Origin: an uncultured Acetobacteraceae bacterium
GTDB taxonomy: Bacteria > Pseudomonadota > Alphaproteobacteria > Acetobacterales > Acetobacteraceae
NCBI GenBank assembly: GCA_964247695.1
Contig: CAXTVI010000020.1
Location: 8,868 to 72,867 of the forward strand
Direction of reading: 5' to 3'
DNA length: 64,000 bases
Part shown: piece after piece, positions 54,491 to 63,900 of the stretch
How the letters are laid out: each line of letters opens with the position of its first letter
How positions within the stretch are numbered: the first letter of the stretch is position 1
The notes under the pieces: generated by a model
The model's database searches: none
What the model saw: the letters and a program-made list of their open reading frames with translations, nothing else
What the model was told of the DNA's origin: nothing
Made by a program: the position numbers and the translations under genes

Positions 54491-54762
54491 CGCCGGACTT
54501 CCTGCGCGCGATGCGGGTTCCGCTGGTCGTGTTCGTGGTGCTGCTGGCGCTGCTCGGCGTCAACGTGCTGCTGGGCCAGGTCGCCTTCCGTGGCGCCGGC
54601 TATCTCGAGGCGGCAATCGCCGGGGTGATGGTGCTGGTGCTGCTGCTGTTCTCGATGGAACTCACCGACGAGCCGCCGATCATCCGGTTCTTCGGCATCC
54701 TCGGCTTCCTGTGGGTGGCGATCATGTTCGCCATGACGCTGACCGACTACCTCACCCGGTAG
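54487..54762 (+). CDS. Cytochrome c oxidase subunit IV-like small membrane protein (3 TM)
   Basis: 91 aa and hydrophobic (VVFVVLLALLGVNVLL.., GVMVLVLLLF.., ILGFLWVAIMFAM). ATGA overlap with coxC. It is the last gene of the operon. Confidence 0.7.
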   Translation: MTPDFLRAMRVPLVVFVVLLALLGVNVLLGQVAFRGAGYLEAAIAGVMVLVLLLFSMELTDEPPIIRFFGILGFLWVAIMFAMTLTDYLTR

Positions 54763-56072
54763 CCCTGCCAGACATATTCGAGCGCCTCGGGCAGCGTCTG
54801 CGCCACCGTCGGCTTGTCGACATGCACCGCATTGCGGGCGAACACGAACTGGTACTGGTAGTTCGAGGCGGCCAGCACCTTCGCCATGTGCTCGTTCGCC
54901 AGCACCCAGTCATGCATGCCGTCGGCCAGCGCGGCCGCCGGGTAGAACAGGTCGCGGTCGCCGGTCTCGAACCAGTAGCGGATCGGCTTGTGCGGCGCGT
55001 TCGGGATCAGCGGCACGCCGGTGTTGCCGGTCGCCATCGAGACAGTCACCCCCTCGACGGCGCGCGGTGCGTGCGCCGGACCCGGCCAGTCGTCGTGATA
55101 CTCCCACGCGCCGCCGGGCAGCGCGCTGTCATGCGGCCATTGCTGGTTCACCATCGTCGGGGAATAGGCGAGCACCCGGTGGTACCATTCCGGATGGAAC
55201 CAGGCCATGGTGAAGGCCGCGACGCCGCTGGAACTGATGCCCATGGTGGCGCGGCCGTCCGGATCATGCGTCAGCTTCACATGCGCGGTCGCCTCGACCC
55301 GGGGCAGCACCTCGTGCTCGACCCACTCGGCATAGATGCCGTTGACGGCGTCGTATTCGCGGCCGCGCTCGCTGCCCTGCGCATCCTGGCCACCGGCGCC
55401 GATGCCGATTGCCACCATCGGCGGCAGCCGGTGCTGGTGGATCAGGTTGTCGAGCGTGGTGAAGAACTGGCGCTCGTTGAAGAAGCCCTTCGGGCCGCCA
55501 TCGCCGAACACGATGAACGGCGCCGGACGCGGCAGGCGGCCGGCCGGCACATAGACATCCACGCTGCGCGTCCACTGGCCGGGATGACTGGTGGTGACGA
55601 TCATGTTCGAGAGGTCGCCGGGTGCGGTGTGTGCGCTGAAGATGGCGGCGTTGCGGCAGCCATCGGCATCGTCGCGCACCATGCCCGGCCGGTAGTTCAC
55701 GCTGTCGTTCGAGGACATCGTGATGGACACCACGCGGCCGCCCCGTACGCCGTCATGGCGCACGGTCTCCGGCGCCACCGTGTGCGTCGGCCCGAGGATG
55801 AAGTTCCCGTCGGCGCGCGCGGAGGGCACGGCCTGGTCGGCAAGCGCGGTTGCGCGCGGATAGTCCGGGTTGGCCGGATCGCGCGTCGGCGCCTCGGTCT
55901 TGAGGTCGAGCCCCGTCGTGTCGATGTAGAACGGCTTCGACGCTGCCGTCGTGTTGGCGCCGGCCGGCACCGAGGCGTTGTCGGTCGCGCAGGGCGCCGG
56001 GGCGGCGAGCCCATGCGAGGGAACGGCGGCGCAGCAAAGCGCGCCTCCGATGACGGCATGGACGAGCTTCAT
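54747..56072 (-). CDS. Secreted alpha/beta-hydrolase, putative-esterase (Fes/esterase D-like) family
   Basis: Signal peptide MKLVHAVIGGALCCAAVPSHGLAAP. ..VYVPAG..PFIVFGDGG..MVAIGIG..REYD..YAEWVEHEVLPRV..ATMGISSSGVAAF... The assignment is tentative. Confidence 0.55.
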   Translation of the reverse strand: MKLVHAVIGGALCCAAVPSHGLAAPAPCATDNASVPAGANTTAASKPFYIDTTGLDLKTEAPTRDPANPDYPRATALADQAVPSARADGNFILGPTHTVAPETVRHDGVRGGRVVSITMSSNDSVNYRPGMVRDDADGCRNAAIFSAHTAPGDLSNMIVTTSHPGQWTRSVDVYVPAGRLPRPAPFIVFGDGGPKGFFNERQFFTTLDNLIHQHRLPPMVAIGIGAGGQDAQGSERGREYDAVNGIYAEWVEHEVLPRVEATAHVKLTHDPDGRATMGISSSGVAAFTMAWFHPEWYHRVLAYSPTMVNQQWPHDSALPGGAWEYHDDWPGPAHAPRAVEGVTVSMATGNTGVPLIPNAPHKPIRYWFETGDRDLFYPAAALADGMHDWVLANEHMAKVLAASNYQYQFVFARNAVHVDKPTVAQTLPEALEYVWQGYRVR

Positions 56073-56149
56073 TATCTTGCGCCTCCCGGTCGACGACTAC
56101 GACCCTGTCCGAGGCTATCGGCGCCATTTCCACCGGTCAACGAGGCCGG

Positions 56150-56986
56150 CTACAGGGTCACGCTGCCCTCGACGCAGGTTGCCACCGCGCCGCCGATCCA
56201 GATCGTGCCGCCCTCGCGTTCGACATGCACGACACCGCGACGGCCGAGCACGGTGCCTTGTCGCGCGACATAGCGCCCGGGCGCGAGCCCGGCGCCGATC
56301 AGCCATTGCGCCAGTCCCGCATTCAGGCTGCCGGTGACCGGGTCCTCACGCTGCATGAAAGGAACGAAGGCGCGCACCTCGAATGCCGCATCGACTCCGT
56401 CGATCCGCATATCCCACGGCGCCACCACGCCGAGTTCCAGTCCGGCCAGGATGGCGTAGTCCGGCTGCAGCGACAGGATCTCCGCCCGGCTGCCGAGCAT
56501 GACCGCGACCCAGCCGGGCCCGTTATCGATCCACTGCGCCTGCAGCACCGCGCTGCGCGCGATGCCCAGGCCGGCGGCGATGCGATCGATGGTCTCCGGC
56601 GCCACCTCGCCCGAACGCAGCAGCGGTGGCGCCGCGAAGGCGAGGCGATCCCCGTCGCGGCGGATCCGGATCAACCCGGCGCCGCATTCCTGCACCACCT
56701 TGTCGGCGCGCGGCGCCCCGCCCGCCTGCAGCCAGGCGTGGCATGATCCGAGGGTCGGATGGCCCGCGAACGGCAGTTCCCGCTCCGGCGTGAAGATGCG
56801 CACGCGATAGTCCGCCTCGGGATGCGTCGGGCGCAGCAGGAAGGTGGTTTCGCTCAGGTTGGTCCAGTTGGCGAACGACTGCATGGTGGCGTCTTCCAGC
56901 GCGTCGGCACCGTGCACGACCGCGAGCGGGTTGCCGAGCAGCGGCACGTCGGTGAACACGTCCACCTGGCAAAAACCGAACCTCAT
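56150..56986 (-). CDS. PhzF-family isomerase-like protein
   Basis: MRFGFCQVDVFTDVPLLGNPLAVV..LSETTFLL..RIFTPERELPFAGHPTLGS..EDPVTGSLNAGLAQWL. Confidence 0.85.
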   Translation of the reverse strand: MRFGFCQVDVFTDVPLLGNPLAVVHGADALEDATMQSFANWTNLSETTFLLRPTHPEADYRVRIFTPERELPFAGHPTLGSCHAWLQAGGAPRADKVVQECGAGLIRIRRDGDRLAFAAPPLLRSGEVAPETIDRIAAGLGIARSAVLQAQWIDNGPGWVAVMLGSRAEILSLQPDYAILAGLELGVVAPWDMRIDGVDAAFEVRAFVPFMQREDPVTGSLNAGLAQWLIGAGLAPGRYVARQGTVLGRRGVVHVEREGGTIWIGGAVATCVEGSVTL

Positions 56987-57058
56987 GGGCGATCGACCCT
57001 CCCCCGCACGCGGCCCCGTCGCCACCTACCTGTCACGCCGCCCACCCTGGAGATCAGC

Positions 57059-57403
57059 ATGCGCCACACCACGAGGCATTTCGTTCCGCTAGCCGTCATC
57101 TCTGCCGTTGCCGCCTGCACCGGACCCGCGACGCGGCCGGCACACGAGACGGACGATGCCTGCGTGCACAGGTACTACGACCTGCCCGATCGCACGATGC
57201 CGTTCCAGTCGGCGGTGGCGGAGTGTGACCCGAACGGTCCGATCGACTTCACCGGCGACCGCTACTATCAGCTTCTCGCCAGCAGCCTGAACGTGCCGTA
57301 TGTCACGCGCACGCCGGCGGCCGACAGCCGGCTCGCGGTCACCGGCAGCCGCATCCCGCAGCCCACCGATCGTCCGGCCGACCCGCAGCTCAGCTTCCAC
57401 TGA
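57059..57403 (+). CDS. Hypothetical lipoprotein (114 aa)
   Basis: GGAG SD 6 nt before ATG 57059. Signal plus lipobox ..LAVISAVAAC. There are two further Cys. I recognise no family. Confidence 0.45.
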   Translation: MRHTTRHFVPLAVISAVAACTGPATRPAHETDDACVHRYYDLPDRTMPFQSAVAECDPNGPIDFTGDRYYQLLASSLNVPYVTRTPAADSRLAVTGSRIPQPTDRPADPQLSFH

Positions 57404-57407
57404 GACC

Positions 57408-59396
57408 CTATCCGCCAGCTCTCGCCCCTTTCAGATACCGATCAAACCAGGCGAGCGTGCGGCGGTTGGCATCCGCGCTGCTGGCAGGGTCCTTCATGCC
57501 GTGGCCCTGGCCCGGATACACCACGAACTGCGTCGGCACGCCGAGCGTGTGCAGTGCATGGTAGAATTCCTGCGTCTGCGGCAGCGGGCACTCGATATCG
57601 GCGTCGCCGGCATATTCCAGCGTGGGCGTGCGAACGTCGTTGATGAAGGTCATCGGCGAGGAGCGCGCATAGATCGCGGGATCCGCATAGACCGAGGCCC
57701 CGAAGAAGGGCAGCATCCACTGGTCGATGCCGTTCTCGCCGTAGTATGACTGCCAGTTCGAGATGCCGGCGCCGGCGACGGCGGCCTTGAAGCGGTTGGT
57801 CTGGGTGACCGTCCACATCGTCATGTAGCCGCCATAGCTGTAGCCGGTCAGGCCCAGCCGCGCTTCGTCGATGGGTGCCGCGCGCTCGGCCGCGTCGATC
57901 CCGGCCATGATGTCGCGCAGGTCGCCATGCCCGAAATCACGCACGTTGGCCTGGGCAAAGGCCTCGCCCTGGCCGAAGCTTCCCCGCGGGTTCGGCAGGA
58001 AGACCCGGTAGCCGGCCTGCAGCAGGAACAGCGTGTCGCCGCGCGGCGTCAGGTAGTACGGGGTCCAGGCTGCGGACGGGCCGCCATGCACGTTGACGAT
58101 CATCGGCGCCTTCGGCCCGCGCGCAGCCGTCGGCGCACCGCGCGGCGACAACAGCCAGCCCTGCACGTCGAACCTGTCGCTCTTCCAGACGACGCTCTGC
58201 ACCCGGGCCGGTGCGGAACGGCCGGCATTCTCGTGCGTCAGGGTGCGCCACCGGCCGATCGGGCCGACCTGCAGTTCCGGCGGCTCGGTGAAGGTCTGGC
58301 GGATCGCAGCCGAGGTGCCACCGCCACAGGACAGGCCGGACGTGTAGAGCGAGCGCGACAGGTCCGGCTCGCCCGACCACAGCACATGCGACGGGCTCCC
58401 GTGCTCCAGGCGCAGCACCTGCGTCTCCGCTCCGGCCAGCGCACCGGCGATCAGCCCTGACCCGCACGACCAGGACAGCGACGTGATGGTGGCGGCGGTG
58501 CCGGGTGTGAGATCCTGCGGCTGCGCCGGATGATCGAGCGACAGCTCGAACACGTCGCCGCCGGTCGAGCCGAAATCGCTCATGATGCCGCCGATGAAGG
58601 CGACCCCGCTGCCGTCGGCGGACACCACCGGATCGGCGAGCTGCTGGCGCTGCGGGGGGGTGTAGAGCACGCGCCCCGCGCCGCTCGTGAAATCGTACAG
58701 CCGCGCGGTCCACCAGTTGTTGTCACCGTTGCCCGGAGCAGCCGTGCCGACGAACCTGGCGGCCTGCCGCTGCGGATCCGGGCGCCAGTCATACTGGTAG
58801 ACATACAGCCCCGCCGGTGACTGCCAGTGCACCGCGCCGCCGGCGATCGTGGCAATCCGCTGCTCGTCCACGCTTTCGCCGATCTCGCCGGTCAGCTTGG
58901 CCGCCGCCTGCGTGGCGCCGGGTTCCTTGTGCGCATTGGCGGTGGCAAGCACGGCGAGCGTGCCATCTGGGCCGTAGCGCAGATCCTGCAATGTTCCCCG
59001 GAAGGCGAGCAGCCGCACGAGGCCGCTGCCATCGGTACGCACGCTGTAGATCGCCCGCGCAGCCGTGTGGCCGGGCTGCAGCACGAAGACAAGGTGCCGG
59101 CTGTCCGGCGTCCAGGCGAGGCTGGACGGGATGCAGTCGGCACCCGAGCATGGCAGGCGCACCGTGACGGGCGCGTGGTCGCCGCGTACGGTGCGGATCA
59201 GCACGGAACTCGCCACGTCCTGGCTCTCGTTCTCGGGCAGGTCGGCTTCGAGGGATGCGAGCCTGGCGCCGTCCGGAGACAGCGCGATCTCGCCGAACTG
59301 GTGCAGCGGTGAGTTCTGCGGCCGCGCCGCGAATGTGGGCGTGGTCGCCATAAGCAGCCACGTCAGGGGCAGGCATGAGCGCGCGGTCAAGCTCAT
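57408..59396 (-). CDS. S9-family (prolyl oligopeptidase/acylaminoacyl-peptidase type) serine peptidase with N-terminal beta-propeller
   Basis: Signal peptide; propeller repeats (..SPDG..LAS..). Catalytic domain ..LGLTGYSYGGYMTMW.. (GxSxGG), ..GDADIECP.., ..YPGQGHGM. Confidence 0.88.
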   Translation of the reverse strand: MSLTARSCLPLTWLLMATTPTFAARPQNSPLHQFGEIALSPDGARLASLEADLPENESQDVASSVLIRTVRGDHAPVTVRLPCSGADCIPSSLAWTPDSRHLVFVLQPGHTAARAIYSVRTDGSGLVRLLAFRGTLQDLRYGPDGTLAVLATANAHKEPGATQAAAKLTGEIGESVDEQRIATIAGGAVHWQSPAGLYVYQYDWRPDPQRQAARFVGTAAPGNGDNNWWTARLYDFTSGAGRVLYTPPQRQQLADPVVSADGSGVAFIGGIMSDFGSTGGDVFELSLDHPAQPQDLTPGTAATITSLSWSCGSGLIAGALAGAETQVLRLEHGSPSHVLWSGEPDLSRSLYTSGLSCGGGTSAAIRQTFTEPPELQVGPIGRWRTLTHENAGRSAPARVQSVVWKSDRFDVQGWLLSPRGAPTAARGPKAPMIVNVHGGPSAAWTPYYLTPRGDTLFLLQAGYRVFLPNPRGSFGQGEAFAQANVRDFGHGDLRDIMAGIDAAERAAPIDEARLGLTGYSYGGYMTMWTVTQTNRFKAAVAGAGISNWQSYYGENGIDQWMLPFFGASVYADPAIYARSSPMTFINDVRTPTLEYAGDADIECPLPQTQEFYHALHTLGVPTQFVVYPGQGHGMKDPASSADANRRTLAWFDRYLKGARAGG

Positions 59397-59655
59397 CGAT
59401 CAGCGATTCCGGATGATGAGGCGCCTGCCTGCTGGCAATCCGCCGCCCTGTCAACCGCTGCGGGTCCCGGGCACGCAGCGCGTACTCGGTGTCTCGACCA
59501 CGATCGCCGGCGTCGACATGCGCCTCAAGGCGGGCGGCTCAACCAGTGGCTGGCGCTGACGCCGGCCGCACTGGTGCAGGGGCACCTTTCACTGGGCAAC
59601 CAGTCTACCAGCCACCTCGACAAGACCAAGCACCCGGCAGTCTGAGGCCTGCGCC

Positions 59656-59694
59656 AAAAAAACGGGCGGCTCCCGTTGCGGGAGCCGCCCTTTT
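59656..59694 (-). terminator. Rho-independent terminator of the BI-1/YccA gene
   Basis: The minus strand reads GGGCGGCTCCC-gcaac-GGGAGCCGCCC followed by GTTTTTTT. It begins 20 nt after the stop at 59714. The plus strand also ends in TTTT. Confidence 0.6.
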
Positions 59695-59713
59695 GGCCTG
59701 GAATAAGCGCGGG

Positions 59714-60493
59714 TCAGTTGTTCGAGCTGCGCGTGCCGGTCAGCGACAACATGAACTGGAACAGGTTGATGAAGTTCAGGTACAGGCTGAGCGCGTCATA
59801 CACGCTGCGCTTGGCCGCACCCTCGACGCCCTCATACGCCGCGAACTGCGCGTAGCTCAGCTTGATGCGCTGTGTGTCGTAGGCGGTGAGCCCCGTGAAG
59901 ATGAACACGCCGAGCACACTGACCAGCATCTGCAGGCCGGTGCTGTGCAGGAACATGTTGACCACCATCGCGATCAGCAGTCCGACCACGCCCATGATCA
60001 GGAACGATCCGAACTTGGTGAGGTCGGTCCTGGTCGTGTAGCCCCAGAGGCTCATCGCGCCGAAGGTCGCTGCGGTGATGAAGAACACCCGCACCACCGA
60101 GGTCTCGGTATAGATGAAGAACACGCTGGTCAGGCTGACGCCCATCGCCGCGCAGAACAGCCAGAACAGGGTCTGCACCGCCTGGCGGGACAGCCGGTTA
60201 ACGCCGAAGCTCAGCACCAGCACGAAGGCGAGCGGCGCGAAGATCGACAGCATGCCGAGGCCGGTCGGGTGCGGGACGACGCGCCCGTCGGCGAGTTCGA
60301 CCTGGTTCCAGAACAGGCTGGCGACCGAGGAATGCGCCACCCCATACGAGACGATACCGGTCAGCAGGAGACCGGAGGTCATCCAGTTATAGACGCGCAA
60401 CATGTAGGCGCGCAGGCCGGCATCGATGACCCCGGCCTGGGCACCCACGCCCGTGGCGCGGGAGGTGCTTCGGAAATCGGGACTGAAGGCCAT
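59714..60493 (-). CDS. Bax inhibitor-1/YccA-family membrane protein
   Basis: ..GLRAYMLRVYNWMTSGLLLTG.. and seven TM segments. C-terminus ..YDALSLYLNFINLFQFML. Confidence 0.88.
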   Translation of the reverse strand: MAFSPDFRSTSRATGVGAQAGVIDAGLRAYMLRVYNWMTSGLLLTGIVSYGVAHSSVASLFWNQVELADGRVVPHPTGLGMLSIFAPLAFVLVLSFGVNRLSRQAVQTLFWLFCAAMGVSLTSVFFIYTETSVVRVFFITAATFGAMSLWGYTTRTDLTKFGSFLIMGVVGLLIAMVVNMFLHSTGLQMLVSVLGVFIFTGLTAYDTQRIKLSYAQFAAYEGVEGAAKRSVYDALSLYLNFINLFQFMLSLTGTRSSNN

Positions 60494-60642
60494 GTGAGTA
60501 CGGTTCCTCTGGTTCGGTCGATCCGAACCGCAGGGGATATCTTGGTGGAACCGACTGCTAGGTCAAGCGGAACCAGACTAGCCGGTCTGCCCAGCGGCTT
60601 TATTTCGCATTAAGACGCATTCATCCACGATTTGAGCCGGCG

Positions 60643-63210
60643 TCAGCTCTCCCGCAGCAGCTCCGCCGGGCTCGCGCGCAGCGCCTGCCGCGTTGCGAGC
60701 AGGCCCGCGAGCAGCATCAGCAGGATGGCCCCGGCGATCGTCGCGGCCAGCGTGCCCGGCAGCAGCCGCCACGGCGCCCGCAGCACGTAGTGCAGCACCA
60801 GCCAGCTCAGGAGCGCACCGACGCCGGCTGCGACCACGCCGGCGAGGGCGCCCATGATGCCGAACTCGACCAGCCAGGCCGCGCGCAGCTGACGGCCGGT
60901 CGCGCCCAGGCTGCGCAGGATCGCCGCCTCCCGACGCCGCGCCGCCTGCCCCGACGCCAGTGTCGCCGCCAGCACCAGGCCGCCGGAGAGCAGCGCCAGC
61001 ACCCCCATCGCCTGCAACGCCAGAGCCAGCCGTCGCACCAGCCGTCCGATCTCGCCGAGCACGTCGGCGACGCGTATGCCGGTGACGTTGGGCAGCGCGT
61101 CGGTCACCGCCTGCAGGATCGCGGCATCGTCGGCCGGCCGGCCGCTTGAGGCCACGGTGGCGACCAGCGTGTGCGGCGCCGCCGACAGCATCCCCGGCGA
61201 GGCGATGAAGGCGAAATTGAGCTGCAGCGAGCGCCAGGCGACGTCGCGCAGGCTGGCGACGCGCAGCACGACATCGCGCCCGAGCACGTTGAGCGTCATC
61301 GTCGAGCCGACATGCACGCCCCAGCCGCGGGCGAGGTTGGCGTCGAACGACAGTAGCGGCGGCCCGGCATAGTCCGCGGCCCACCAGGCGCCACGTGCGA
61401 TATGGGTGCCGGGCGGCGGCGATGCCGACAGGCTCAGCCCGTGATCGCCACGCAACGCCCAGCGTGTCTGCGGCGTCGCGTGCACCAGCCCGACCGGCAC
61501 GCCGTCCACCGCCACCACCCGGGCGCGCAGGCTCGGCAACTGCCGGATCTGTCCGGCCTGCGGGAGTGCGTGCAGCACCGCATCGAAGCGCGCGGCTTCG
61601 TCGGGCTGGATGTCGATGAAGTAGAACGAGGGTGCGTCGGCCGGGAGTTGTCCCAGCACGGCGGCGCGGATGTTGCCCTCGATCAGGGCGATCCCGGCCA
61701 GGGTCGACAGCCCGGCGCCGAGTGCGAGCAGCATCGCGGAGGACGGCGAGCCGGGCCGGTGCAGCGCGCGCAGCCCCAATCCTAACCAGGCGGGTCCAGA
61801 CCAGGCCGGCCGCATTCCCGCGCGTGCCAGCGATCCGGCGCCAAGGCGCAGCAGCAGCCCGGCGACCCGGAACAGCAGCAGGATGCACGCGGCGGCGCCA
61901 CAGAAGCCGAGCGCCAGCCAGGGCGATGGCGAGGTCAGCGTCGCCAGCAGCATCAGCACGCAGACCAGCGCCGCCAGCACCGCCGGCAGCCGCCAGCCGC
62001 CGATGCGACGTTCCCAGGGATCGTCGCGGAACAGGGCGACCGGCGACACGCGCACGGCGCGCAGCAGCGGCGGCAGGGTGAACAGCACCGCGACCAGCAG
62101 CCCGAAGGCCGCCGCGAGCAGCAGCGGACCTGGGTGGAAGCTACCGTCCGGCGCCACCGGCAGCAGGCCGGCCAGCTCGTGGATCGCCACCGCCGGCACC
62201 ACCAGTCCGGCCAGCACGCCGGCCAGCACACCGGCGCCGCACAGCAGGCCGAGCTGCAGCGAGACGATCCACGTTACGGTGACCGACGAGGCGCCGAGGC
62301 AGCGCAGCACCGCAAGCGTCTCGGTGCGCGCCCGCAGCCAGGCCGACACGCCCGACGCGACGCCCAGGCCGCCCAGCAGGAGCGAGGCCAGACCGATCAG
62401 CGTCATGAACTGCGAGACCTGCGCCACCACCTGGGTCAGCGCCGGGGCGGCATCCTGCACGTCGCGTATGCGCAGCGGCTGGTCCGGATAGCGCCGCGCG
62501 ATCTCGTGCGCCAACGCCTGCACACGGCGGACGCGACCCTGCGCGCGGTCGTCCGGCAGCGCGATCCGCAACGTGTAGGTGACGAGCGCGCCGGGCGCGA
62601 TCAGGCCGGCGGTGTCGAGCCGGGACCGTGAGAGCATGACCTCGGGGGCGAGCGACGCGCTGCCGGCGCCATCCGGCACATGCGCGAGGCCCGCCGCGAG
62701 AGCAAGGGTGAGGTTGCCGAGGCGCAGCGCGTCGCCCGGATGCACGCCCAGCCGATCCTCGATCAGCGGCTCGACCAGCAGTCCAGCGTCGAGGGCGGCG
62801 GGAAGCGACCGGACCGGATCGAGCGTCACGTCGCCGACCAGCGGATAGGCCGCATCCACCGCGTCGACCTCGACCAGCATGCGGCGGCCCTGCGGCCCGT
62901 ACAGCATCGAGCGCAGCCTGACCGTCTCCGACAGGCGGAGATGATGGCCGCGCAGGAACGGCACGAGGTCACCCGGCAGCGGGTCCGGGCTATCCACGCT
63001 GAGATCGCCGCCGAGGATGGCGCGGCGTTGTGCCGCAACCCCGCCCTGGATCGCCGCGCGCAGGCCGCCGACGGTGCCGATCGCGGCGACCCCGAGTGCC
63101 AGGCAGGCAAGCACGATCCGCATGCCCGACAGGGTGCCGCGCATGTCGCGCACGGCGATCGCGAGTGCCAGTCGCCAGCCCGGGGAACGGGCGAGGGTCC
63201 GCCGGGACAT
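60643..63210 (-). CDS. ABC transporter permease with two FtsX-type domains (YbbP-like)
   Basis: 855 aa, 10 TM in two 4-TM FtsX modules plus large loops (..LRCLGASS.. and ..LRSLGATGRQL..). It starts directly after the ATPase gene's stop. Confidence 0.85.
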   Translation of the reverse strand: MSRRTLARSPGWRLALAIAVRDMRGTLSGMRIVLACLALGVAAIGTVGGLRAAIQGGVAAQRRAILGGDLSVDSPDPLPGDLVPFLRGHHLRLSETVRLRSMLYGPQGRRMLVEVDAVDAAYPLVGDVTLDPVRSLPAALDAGLLVEPLIEDRLGVHPGDALRLGNLTLALAAGLAHVPDGAGSASLAPEVMLSRSRLDTAGLIAPGALVTYTLRIALPDDRAQGRVRRVQALAHEIARRYPDQPLRIRDVQDAAPALTQVVAQVSQFMTLIGLASLLLGGLGVASGVSAWLRARTETLAVLRCLGASSVTVTWIVSLQLGLLCGAGVLAGVLAGLVVPAVAIHELAGLLPVAPDGSFHPGPLLLAAAFGLLVAVLFTLPPLLRAVRVSPVALFRDDPWERRIGGWRLPAVLAALVCVLMLLATLTSPSPWLALGFCGAAACILLLFRVAGLLLRLGAGSLARAGMRPAWSGPAWLGLGLRALHRPGSPSSAMLLALGAGLSTLAGIALIEGNIRAAVLGQLPADAPSFYFIDIQPDEAARFDAVLHALPQAGQIRQLPSLRARVVAVDGVPVGLVHATPQTRWALRGDHGLSLSASPPPGTHIARGAWWAADYAGPPLLSFDANLARGWGVHVGSTMTLNVLGRDVVLRVASLRDVAWRSLQLNFAFIASPGMLSAAPHTLVATVASSGRPADDAAILQAVTDALPNVTGIRVADVLGEIGRLVRRLALALQAMGVLALLSGGLVLAATLASGQAARRREAAILRSLGATGRQLRAAWLVEFGIMGALAGVVAAGVGALLSWLVLHYVLRAPWRLLPGTLAATIAGAILLMLLAGLLATRQALRASPAELLRES

Positions 63211-63900
63211 CTAGCGGACCGGCTCCGACAGGTGGCCGTCGCTCACGGAGAGGACCCGGTCGCAGCGCGCGGCCAGCGTCTGGTCGTGCGTGATCAGCAC
63301 CAGGGTGGTGCCGCGTTCGCGCTGCAGCGCGAACATCAGGTCGGCGACACGGCCGCCGGTCTCGAGGTCGAGATTGCCGGTCGGCTCGTCGGCCAGCAGC
63401 AGCCGCGGCCCCGGCGCGAAGGCACGCGCGAGCGCCACCCGCTGCTGCTCGCCGCCGGAAAGCTGGCCCGGACGGTGGAGGAGGCGGTGCGAGAGCCCGA
63501 CTTGATCCAGCGCCTCGGCCGCGACCCTGGTCGCATCCGGCCGCCCGGTCAGCTCGAGCGGGATGGCGACGTTCTCCAGCGCGGTCATCGTCGGGATCAG
63601 GTGGAAGGACTGGAACACGATGCCGATGCTGCGGCCGCGGAATTGCGCGCGCTGGTCCTCGGTGAGGCCGGCGAGGTCGGTGTCGTCGATCCGCACGCTG
63701 CCGCGCGTCGGCGGCTCCAGGCCGGCCAGCAGCATCAGCAGGCTGGTCTTGCCCGAGCCCGACGGCCCGACGATGCCGAGCGAGACGCCCGCCTCGAGCT
63801 CAAGCGAAGCGCCCCGAACGATGTCGAGCGTCGGGCCGCCCGAGTTGACCGCCCCGGAGCGTGCGGGCACCGTCAGCCAGAGGTCGCGCGCCTGCAGCAT
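63211..63900 (-). CDS. ABC transporter ATP-binding protein (YbbA/LolD-like)
   Basis: GIVGPSGSGKTSLL, QLSGGEQQRVALARA, LLLADEPTGNLD, ITHD. I prefer ATG 63900 (MLQARDLWL..). The track ORF extends to a TTG at 63981. Confidence 0.88.
   Translation of the reverse strand: MLQARDLWLTVPARSGAVNSGGPTLDIVRGASLELEAGVSLGIVGPSGSGKTSLLMLLAGLEPPTRGSVRIDDTDLAGLTEDQRAQFRGRSIGIVFQSFHLIPTMTALENVAIPLELTGRPDATRVAAEALDQVGLSHRLLHRPGQLSGGEQQRVALARAFAPGPRLLLADEPTGNLDLETGGRVADLMFALQRERGTTLVLITHDQTLAARCDRVLSVSDGHLSEPVR

Noticed and set aside
59397-59655. A 260-nt GC-rich gap between the S9 peptidase start and the yccA terminator, considered as a pseudogene remnant or sRNA.
   Set aside because: The frames I translated gave only short (under 60 aa), unrecognisable peptides. 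I saw no promoter or terminator pair for an sRNA. I cannot support any call without RNA-seq or homology data.
60511-60529. GGTTCGG..CCGAACC, and GGTTCGA at about 5018, as possible tRNA T-arms.
   Set aside because: The stem and loop sizes are wrong (a 7-bp stem with a 5-nt loop). No acceptor or anticodon arms can be built around either. I found no tRNA, rRNA, tmRNA, RNase P or SRP RNA signatures anywhere in the window.
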